Notes under the pieces: model-generated | Databases searched by the model: none | What the model saw: the letters and a program-made list of their open reading frames with translations, nothing else | What the model was told of the DNA's origin: nothing | Position numbers and translations under genes: made by a program | Source: Chloroflexota bacterium | GTDB taxonomy: Bacteria > Chloroflexota > Limnocylindria > Limnocylindrales > CSP1-4 | Assembly: GCA_030446555.1 (NCBI GenBank) | Contig: JAUJNA010000001.1 | Span: forward strand, 238,634 to 302,633 | DNA: 64,000 bases | Direction of reading: 5' to 3' | In this document: in pieces, positions 37,301-44,259 of the stretch | How positions within the stretch are numbered: the first letter of the stretch is position 1 | Layout of the letters: each line of letters opens with the position of its first letter

Positions 37301-39794
37301 TCTGCTCCCCGGTGACGCCGTCGAGGCTCAAAAGCGTCCCCCCCTCGACACGGACGAGGAGGCTCCCATCGACGACGCCGAGCCCCTCGATGAGGCGCGA
37401 CACCCCCTCCAGCGGCGCCAGCCGCGCGGCCTCCGGGAGGGGGCGGAGAGGGTCCAGCCGCAGCTCGTCGAGCGCCGCCGTCGGGAGGGACCAGATCGTC
37501 CCGGCCTCGGCCGCGGCGAAGAGCGTGTGGGCCGACTCGTCGACGGCGAGGGCCGTGGCGGGGAGCGGAAGCTGCGCCACCAGGTCCCGGGTACGCAGGT
37601 CGTGCACGCGCACCTCCGTCCCGGTCGCCACGTAGAGCCGGTCCCCGAGGCGCTCGCCCGGCCGCTCGGCCGGGCTCCAGCGCGTCTCGAGCGCAGCGTC
37701 CGTGACGGTCGTGCCCAGATCGGTCGTGCCCGTGACCCGATCGTTGCCCAAGGCCATCAACCCGACGGCGATGCCGTACTTGGCCACGTGCGGATGCGTG
37801 TACTCGTAGACCGAGTGGGGGATGCCGTATCGCCAGTCCTGGAGGAACTCCGTCGCCGTCCGCGCGTGGTAGACCTCGTCGAAGTGCATGTCGTAGGGCT
37901 CGCCGACGCGGTACGTGCGCAACGTCAGCGCACCAAGGATGACGAGGACGACCAGCAGCAGATCCAGCCGATCCAGGCGCCCGGTGGGCTCGGCCCGGAG
38001 CTCAGCCGAGCGGTCACGCCGCAGGGGGTGGACGCGGAAGCGGTCGGACAGCCACGAGAAGGTCCCGGGCTGGGGCGACCACGGCTGCTCCATCGACGTG
38101 ACGCCCTGGGCCGTGCCCTGAGCGCCCCGCGGCGCGTCAGCCGCCCCGGGTCCCCGTGCACCGGAGAGCGCCGTGGGACGGCTTCGAACGCCGGCTGCCA
38201 CCTCTCGCGACAGCGGATCGGGACGGCGCACGGCACCGGTCCGCAGCTGCCATGCGACGAAGGCGAAGACGCCCACCTGCAGCGCGACGCTCAGGGCCAC
38301 GAACGGGAAGGACCGGAAGAGCTCGCCGAACGGCAGGTCCGCCACGTTCTCCGTGGCGTAGAGGGGGAACGTGAGGATCGCGTGCAGGTTGATGAACGAG
38401 CCCGCCGCGAGGAGCACCGTCGCCCAGCGCCAGCGTCCGTCGGCCACCGCGAGGAGCGGCAGGAAGGCGAAGGCGGGGAAGAGGTACCGCTCGTGGACCC
38501 GGGTGGGCAGCACGAAGAACGCGAGGCTGAGGAAGACGGTGACGACCACGATCGACCAGCGGTCGGCGCGGAGGAGGAGCCGGGCCACGCCCAGCAGGAA
38601 GCCACCCGCCAGCAGGACGGTGCCCACGACCACCCCCGAGAACGGACCCAGCAGCGGAACCGTGTCGGACGACCAGCCGCCGCCGGTCGCGAGGGAGCCG
38701 GCGCCCTCCGAACCCATGAGAGCCCAGGGGTTGTAGGCGTTCACGCTCAGCCAGGGATAGCCACCGGCGGTCTCGGCGACGAGCCGGATGAAACCGGGGA
38801 TGTCGAGGCGGAACGGCGTCAGGAGCAGAAGCATCACCCCCAGGCCGATGGCCGCGCTGCTGAGGAGCCTGATCGGTCCCTGCTGCCGCACGAGCCAGGA
38901 AGCGAGCGGATCGGGAAGGCGGGGGCGATGGTGCGGCCCGGAGCCCACGGCCAGCAGGTGCCGACGCAGCAGGACCGCCGCGACGATGGGCACGAGGACC
39001 ACCCCGAACTGGGGCTTCACGAGCCCTGCCAGGATGGCTGCCGCGACCGCACCCTCCGAGTGGCCACGCAGGAGGAGGCTGACCCCGACCAGCATGACCA
39101 GCGCTCCCACCGCATCGGTCTGCCCCCAGAGCGCCGAGTCGTACCAGGTGATCGGGTTGAAGAGGTAGGCCCCCGCCGCGACCAGCCCCAGCCGGCCGGC
39201 GTTGGCGCCCGGCGAGCGGGACCAGCGTGTCACCATCCTGAACAGGAGGGCACCGATGCAGATGTCCGCGCCGATCGACGGCAGCTTGATGAGCGTCCCC
39301 GCAAGGGACGCAGCATCCGTGCCGGCCAGCGGCGCCAGAGCGTTCGCGAGCAGGCCGACCGGCCAAAGCAGGTAGAGGTAGCCGGGGGGATAGTCAGCGA
39401 AACCCGCGTTGGCATAGAAGCCGCCGGGTCCGTGGTCCGCGAGCGTCAGCGCCCACGACGTGAAGCTGGAAAGGTCGTTCTCGAAGCCGGACCCGGGCAG
39501 GACGATGTATGCGATAGTGAGCCGCAGGGCCAGCCCGGCCACGAGCAGGACGACCAGCGCGGGGATCGCCGTCAGTGCTCCAGGCGGGCGTCCGGACGCC
39601 CCGTGGACGCCCTCGACCCCAACCTCATGGGTCGATGTCAACGTCGACCGGCCTCCAAGGAAAGGCGACGAGGGTGACCGGCAGTATAGCGAAGGACCCC
39701 CAAGCGCCCCTGCACCCGCCGCCCCGGGGCAGAGCCGCCGGCCCGTCTGCCCGGTACCTCGAGCGCATCCATCCCGCCTGGGTGGGAGCTGCAT
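34398..39794 (-). CDS. giant (1798-aa) membrane glycosyltransferase: N-terminal GT-C (ArnT/DUF2029-like) region joined in frame to a PMT/GT39-like protein O-mannosyltransferase with a roughly 350-aa inserted beta-rich domain
   Basis: Residues about 70-550 form a multi-TM GT-C-like region (…YLFNPITWYDSALWGQTDAVGALVML…). From M556 (38127-38129) onward there is a PMT-like start (…YDMHFDEVYHARTATEFLQDWRYGIPHSVYEYTHPHVAKYGIAVG…) and a PMT C-terminal module (…ASSPWWAWPLDLKPVWFHQDGFAASTTGVIYDAGNVVIFWLAIPAV…). It is one continuous ORF with GC3-rich codons. The true 5' start is uncertain; a GTG near 39623 is possible. Confidence 0.7.
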   Translation of the reverse strand: MQLPPRRDGCARGTGQTGRRLCPGAAGAGALGGPSLYCRSPSSPFLGGRSTLTSTHEVGVEGVHGASGRPPGALTAIPALVVLLVAGLALRLTIAYIVLPGSGFENDLSSFTSWALTLADHGPGGFYANAGFADYPPGYLYLLWPVGLLANALAPLAGTDAASLAGTLIKLPSIGADICIGALLFRMVTRWSRSPGANAGRLGLVAAGAYLFNPITWYDSALWGQTDAVGALVMLVGVSLLLRGHSEGAVAAAILAGLVKPQFGVVLVPIVAAVLLRRHLLAVGSGPHHRPRLPDPLASWLVRQQGPIRLLSSAAIGLGVMLLLLTPFRLDIPGFIRLVAETAGGYPWLSVNAYNPWALMGSEGAGSLATGGGWSSDTVPLLGPFSGVVVGTVLLAGGFLLGVARLLLRADRWSIVVVTVFLSLAFFVLPTRVHERYLFPAFAFLPLLAVADGRWRWATVLLAAGSFINLHAILTFPLYATENVADLPFGELFRSFPFVALSVALQVGVFAFVAWQLRTGAVRRPDPLSREVAAGVRSRPTALSGARGPGAADAPRGAQGTAQGVTSMEQPWSPQPGTFSWLSDRFRVHPLRRDRSAELRAEPTGRLDRLDLLLVVLVILGALTLRTYRVGEPYDMHFDEVYHARTATEFLQDWRYGIPHSVYEYTHPHVAKYGIAVGLMALGNDRVTGTTDLGTTVTDAALETRWSPAERPGERLGDRLYVATGTEVRVHDLRTRDLVAQLPLPATALAVDESAHTLFAAAEAGTIWSLPTAALDELRLDPLRPLPEAARLAPLEGVSRLIEGLGVVDGSLLVRVEGGTLLSLDGVTGEQTGEAFVEGAQAVARVPPADRVVVDPAGVSDPAALAESLARILDDDAARLEELISGATGPVSVAAYLDKTMTGSVQKGIDDASLEGTSIEPGPTAAVAGAVGVTFLDAVSLEQLEQLTTDAPATDLALVEGLDDPTLYVPNGIQVTTLPIGDDGPGHGTDMPMPADVRSARWDGATNLVHVVGDAPDGGGTTVYVVEPHANAVFADARLPFTPRATVMDIQPDRPTDDRQDLLAFSTDGTVASVDVGSHAFAWRMPGVIMGALTAAAIFLLARVLFRRRSVAVLASLLVMAEGMFFANARIAMNDTYVTAFIVSAVALFAPLYLGIWRSRLAVLLVLPVVGLLLGLAFGTKWVGAYAIGFVVLLVLLRSALGRVITLTAMIGLTALLGYLAVRPADVADPRINATFLLLMAALTILLAAAMVRRPVRFTLDELRFAVLAPALLGSLLVLAGFVMGSGGASAASGLLAPNRVLFAGAGLLLLGAAAYGGSWVAARLGVGPLAPPRPVARGEPVPSAAPTGWLRPGWAAGIPWSYALLCLTVIPLAVYIASYVPWAALEIGGGNRILTDWPPGHTGQTLADLTVSMYRYHDELRATHAASSPWWAWPLDLKPVWFHQDGFAASTTGVIYDAGNVVIFWLAIPAVAFCAWQAWARRSLSLTLIVLGIACLWLPWARIDRATFQYHVFTSLPFTVLALAYFLGELWHGPSSRTYLLARIAGGVAILGPPLLWLLRQPLCGLAGTEAVHPDGVACGPLVRSLTIAESAFAATIVVLIGAATIAWLVRAQVRTGSADPLLRVRTSSRDIEVSLLSALLVVTVATALGAAGASLLLSPRPFLTLPVQAEVLAIVALLLLAAPAYLAARTRDPRRWVIGVLGAAALFFLLWYPSLTGLPLPDSVAQAYLGLLPTWNYDFQFAVNLDPASDRPIVDVGTLLIGLATAALVLVAMIVARSWRGGGSVRSPRGPLGETG

Positions 39795-41102
39795 TCGTGG
39801 CTCTCGCGGTCGCGGTCTACGTGCTCAGCAACCCCGCGCGTCCCGACTTCTATGACCACTTCGTGTGGCAGGCGCACGCCTGGCTGCACGGTCGAGCCGC
39901 CATCCCTTTCCCATATGACGACGGGGTCTTCCGGAACGACTACTTCCAGGATGTCTTCCCCCTCCCCGATCGACCGGGCTATGCCCTCATCCCGTTCCCG
40001 CCCCTGCCCGCGGTGGTGCTGCTGCCCTTCGTGGCGCTCTTCGGACTGGCCACCAACGGTGCCCTCGTCGCGGCCGTGCTGGGGGGCCTCAACGTGGGGC
40101 TCTGCTGGCGGATGCTCCGGCGAGTGGCGCCTGCGGGAGGCGCAGCCGCCCTGGCCACGACGTTCTACGGGTTCGGCACCGTGGCGTGGTACGCGGCGAT
40201 GCTGGGAAGCACTTGGTTCCTCGCCCACGTCGTTGCCTCCACCTTCCTGCTCCTCGCCATCACGGCCGCGCTGGACGCCGCGGCCCACGAACGCGGGGGA
40301 CGGGGTAGACGGCTGCTGGGCCTCATCGAGCCACGCCAGTTCATGGCCGGGGTGTTGTTCGGTACGGCGGCGCTCTCGCGGCTGACCACCATCCTCGGCG
40401 CGCCGTTCTTCCTGTTCGTCGGCGGCGGAGGCTCCTACCGGCGGCGTGCCATCTCGGCCGGCCTTGGAGCGGCGATCCCTGTCGCGCTCCTGCTCGCCTA
40501 TAACGTGGCCACCACGGGACACGTCTTCCATCCCGCGTACGAGTACCTCTACCGCAACGAGTATCGGCCCGACCGGAGCCTGTACCACCCGGAATGGGCC
40601 ATCGAGGACCCGCGCTACGTGCCCCAGAACGCCGCCATCATGCTGCTCTGGCCGCCGGATACGCCGCTGCTCGAGCGCCGAGTGCGATGGCGACCCGGCG
40701 ACCGGCGCGGCCGGAGCTGCAGCGTCCGACCGGGATTCGATCCTGTTCGACGAGTGCCCTGCCCGCTCCTTCGCCCCGATCCCATCGGCATGAGCCTGAT
40801 CCTCTCCAGCCCGGCCTACCTCCTGGCCGTTCCGGCCATCGTCCGGCTGGGCCGGAGGCGTCTCGTGGCCGGGGCTGTGCTGGCGGTCGCCGCGATCGCT
40901 CTCGTCAACCTGATGCACTTCAGCCAGGGCTGGGTCCAGTTCGGCTACCGCTTCAGCAACGACTTCGCCCCCTTTGCCATGCATCCCCGTCGCGCTGGGC
41001 ATCGCGCAGCTCGGCGTGCGCCCTCTCACGCTCACCCTCGTGGGCCTGTCGATCCTGGTCAACGCGTGGGGCGTCTACTGGGGCGTGACGCTCGGGTGGT
41101 GA
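39635..41102 (+). CDS. GT-C fold membrane glycosyltransferase (ArnT/PMT-like; apparent frameshift at the C4 run near 40985)
   Basis: Multi-TM protein (…FYDHFVWQAHAWLHGRAAIPFPYDDGVFRNDYFQDVFPLPDRPGYALIPFPPLPAVVLLPFVALFG…). The last 38 aa (PVALGIAQLGVRPLTLTLVGLSILVNAWGVYWGVTLGW*) are in frame 0 while the body is in frame 2. The segment 40680-40800 is also suspicious. Confidence 0.65.
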
Positions 41103-42752
41103 ACGAGGCACCGGCTCCCGCCTCCGCGCCGTCGGGGGCCGCGCCGCGACACCGCCGCGCGCGCGGTGCGGCCGCGTCCCTCATCCCGCGGGGCGCCCTT
41201 GCGCCGGCCCTCGCGTCGTTCCTCGTCGCGCTCGCCCTCGAGGTGCGCACCCTCCTGCCCGACATCGCGTTCTGGGACACGGCCGAGTTCCAGGCCATCG
41301 GACCGGTGCTCGGCATCGCCCACCCGACCGGCTATCCCAGCTACACGCTGCTCGCCTGGCTGGCGTCGGTCCTGCTCCAGCCATTCGGCAACGAAGCGCT
41401 GCGAGCGAACCTCCTCTCCGCGCTGCTCGTCTCTGCCGCCTGCGGCCTCACCGCCGCGGTGGTGGTCCAGCTCACGCGGCGGCGACTCCTCGCGTTGGCG
41501 GCCGGTGTCGCTCTGGCACTCACCCCCACCATCTGGCGCATCGGCCTTCGCGCGGATGCCCACGCGCTCCACCTCGCCCTCGTCGCCTTGCTGCTGCTCC
41601 TGCTCGTGGGGTGGGCTGAGCGGAGCCGGCACCCCGATCGCGGCGACGCACGCTGGCTCGTGGCGTCGGCCATCGTCTTCGGCCTGGCGCTGGGCAACCA
41701 TGCGCTGATCCTGCTGCTGGCGCCGGGCATCGCCATCTTCGTCCTCATGGTCGATCCCTGGCTGCCGGTGCGGCGCCCCAGGGCTGGTCCTCGCCTGCGC
41801 TGCGGCGCTGGCCGTGACGACGATCGTGCTCTACGCGTACCTGCCCATCCGCTCGGCGATGGATCCGCCACTCGACTACGCCGACCCCGAGACCTGGGAG
41901 GCCTTCCGCTACGTCGTCCTCGGCGAGCAGTTCCGCGGCACCTTCTCGCCGCTGCCCTCGCTGTCGGTCGGCGCTGGCCGCGTCTGGGAACAGCTGTTGG
42001 CGGACCTGGGACCGGTGGCCCTCCTCTCGGTCGTCGGCGCCATCTGTGGCGTTCTGCGCTGGCCGCGCCTCATGGGCCTGACGGGACTCTGGTTCGTGCT
42101 CACGTTCGTGTTCGCCCTGGGGTATCTGAACGCCGACATCGGTCGCTACTACGCCGTGCCCATCCTCCTCGCTCTCCTCTGGGCAACGCTCGGGGTGGCC
42201 GCCATCGCGGACGTCGCCGAGCGCCTCCTCGGCCGAGGTCTGGCCTCCCGGCCGCCACGGCCATCGGCCGCCGGCCACCCGACCCGACCGGCCCCCACCG
42301 CGACGGCCCGGATCCCGGCTCGCGCGCTGTCGGTGCTGGGTGCCTTCCTGCTCCTGGCGCCCTCGACCGTGGCCCTGCCACGGACCTTCGACGAGGTCGA
42401 CGCTTCCGGAGAGCGCGATGCGCGCGTCTGGCTGGAAGCCACACTGGCGGCCATCGAGCCGGACGCGGTGGTCGTGAGCTGGTGGAGCTACTCGACCCCA
42501 CTCTGGTACGGCCGGTTCGTGGAGGGCCGGCGCCCCGACGTGACCGTCATCGACGATCGCACCATCCTGGACCAGGGTCTGGGTGATGTCATCGCCGTCA
42601 TCGGGCGTCACCTGGGCGAGCGCCCCGTCTACATCATCCGCCTACCGCGCGATCTCGACGAGGTCGCCGCCAGGTACCGGCTGGAGCCCGTCCCGGGCGC
42701 TCCCGGGATGGGCGGGCTCCGGCGAGTCGTGCCACCCGCGGCTCCGGGATAG
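41099..42752 (+). CDS. DUF2723 (TMEM260-like) family membrane protein, putative mannosyltransferase (apparent frameshift near 41765-41790)
   Basis: GTG at 41099 overlaps the upstream stop (GTGA). DUF2723 hallmark …DIAFWDTAEFQAIGPVLGIAHPTGYPSYTLLAWL… in frame 2. C-terminal part in frame 0 (ORF 41814-42752: …TTIVLYAYLPIRSAMDPPLDYADPETWEAFRYVVLGEQF…). Confidence 0.7.
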
Positions 42753-42841
42753 CCGACTGCTAGGATCGGGGCCATGCCCTCCGCTCTCGTCCCGTCCTTC
42801 GGTCCGCCTCGTTGGCCCGCGAAGAAGCCCTCACGGCGCGG

Positions 42842-43633
42842 ATGACCGATCCTCGAGCTGACCACCTGCGGGTCCCGGCCCTCTCCTACTTCTTCCCCGC
42901 TCACGACGAGGCCGAGAACGTGGCGCCGCTGGTGGCCGACGCACTGGCAGAGCTGCCGCGCCTCGCCCGGACCTTCGAGATCATCTGCGTCGATGACGGC
43001 AGCCGCGATGGCACGGGTGCCATCGCCGACCGCCTCGCAGCGGAGCACCCCGGACTCGTCCGTGTGGTGCACCATCCCGGCAACCGCGGGTACGGGGCCG
43101 CGCTGCGCAGCGGATTCGGTGCTGCCCGTCATGAGCTCGTCTGCTTCACGGACGGGGACCGACAGTTCCGCGTCGCTGACCTTTCGCTGCTGCTGGATCG
43201 GCTGGTCGAGCCGGACGGCGCGGACGGGACCCCCGACGTGGTCTGTGGGTATCGCCTGCGGCGAGCCGATCCACCGCTCCGTCTGGCCTACGCTCGGATC
43301 TACCGGCTCTGCCTGCGGCTCTTCTTCGGGATGCGGCTGCGGGACGTGGACTGTGCTTGCAAGCTCTTCCGCCGGGGCGCCCTGGAGGACGTGCGCGTGG
43401 AGTCGGGCGGAGCCTTCCTCTCGGCGGAGCTGCTCATCAAGCTGCGCGAGAGCGGCCGCAGGGTCGCCGAGGTGGGCGTACCGCACCACCCGCGTACGGC
43501 CGGCCGCGCTTCCGGTGCCCACCCCAGGGTGGTACTGCGAGCCGTGCGTGACTTCTGGTGGCTGCGGCTACGCCTCTGGGCTCGCCGCGGGGCGACGCTG
43601 CGCAGCGGTCAGCCCATCCTGGAGTCTTCCTAG
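42842..43633 (+). CDS. GT2 polyprenyl-phosphate mannose synthase-like (Ppm1/DPM1-like)
   Basis: …LSYFFPAHDEAENVAPLV…FEIICVDDGSRDGTGAIADRLAAEHPGLVRVVHHPGNRGYGAALRSGF…DGDRQF… is the DPM1-type GT2 signature. Start taken at ATG 42842; the ORF begins at TTG 42812. Confidence 0.8.
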   Translation: MTDPRADHLRVPALSYFFPAHDEAENVAPLVADALAELPRLARTFEIICVDDGSRDGTGAIADRLAAEHPGLVRVVHHPGNRGYGAALRSGFGAARHELVCFTDGDRQFRVADLSLLLDRLVEPDGADGTPDVVCGYRLRRADPPLRLAYARIYRLCLRLFFGMRLRDVDCACKLFRRGALEDVRVESGGAFLSAELLIKLRESGRRVAEVGVPHHPRTAGRASGAHPRVVLRAVRDFWWLRLRLWARRGATLRSGQPILESS

Positions 43634-43646
43634 CCCCCGGCGGCCC

Positions 43647-44216
43647 TCAGTCGGAGCGCGGTCCGCGCTCGCCGTGGGAAGGCGGCTCATCGCGTGTCTC
43701 GGGCTCACCGCCCCGCTCCCTCGCGCCGCCCGTGCCGCCCTCCAGATCGGCCTCCAGCGAGTTCACGAACTCGCGGAAGACGGAGAGCTTCTCGTCCTCG
43801 TCCGTCTCGGGCACGACGCCCGCCCTGTCCAGTACGGCATCGGTGGCATAGATGGGCACCGCGACACGCACCGCCAGCGCGATCGCGTCGCTCGGACGAG
43901 CGTCGATCTCGCGCGTCCGGCCGTCGAGCTCGAGCACCAGTCGAGCGCGGTACGTCTCGTCGGCAAGGTCGCTGACCACGATCCGTCGGACCGTGACACC
44001 GAACTCGTCCAGGGTCCGCGCGAAGAGGTCGTGTGTCAGCGGCCGCTCCGGCGCCACGCCCTGGAGCCTCATCGCGATGGCGTTCGCCTCCCACGGTCCG
44101 ATCCAGATGGGCAGGTAGCGATCTCGCTCGGCTTCCTTCAGGATCACGACGTGCTGCGAGGAGAGCATGTGCACGCGGACGCTCTCGACGACCATCTCGG
44201 TGAGACCGACTGGCAT
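43647..44216 (-). CDS. bifunctional nuclease (BFN/DUF151) family protein
   Basis: MPVGLTEMVVESVRVHMLSSQHVVILKEAERDRYLPIWIGPWEANAIAMRLQGV…ARPSDAIALAVRVAVPIYATDAVLD… is the DUF151 signature with an acidic C-terminal tail. ATG on the complement of 44214-44216. Confidence 0.8.
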   Translation of the reverse strand: MPVGLTEMVVESVRVHMLSSQHVVILKEAERDRYLPIWIGPWEANAIAMRLQGVAPERPLTHDLFARTLDEFGVTVRRIVVSDLADETYRARLVLELDGRTREIDARPSDAIALAVRVAVPIYATDAVLDRAGVVPETDEDEKLSVFREFVNSLEADLEGGTGGARERGGEPETRDEPPSHGERGPRSD

Positions 44217-44259
44217 GGCGGCGATTCTACCCCCGCGATCCGATGGCGCCGACGCGGGC

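Noticed and set aside
37527-41062. Long ORFs on the opposite strands of the GT-C/PMT genes (37527-39677 plus strand, 39638-41062 minus strand)
   Set aside because: They are antisense to multi-TM glycosyltransferase genes with consistent hydropathy and motifs. Their translations are Arg/Gly/Pro/Glu-rich.
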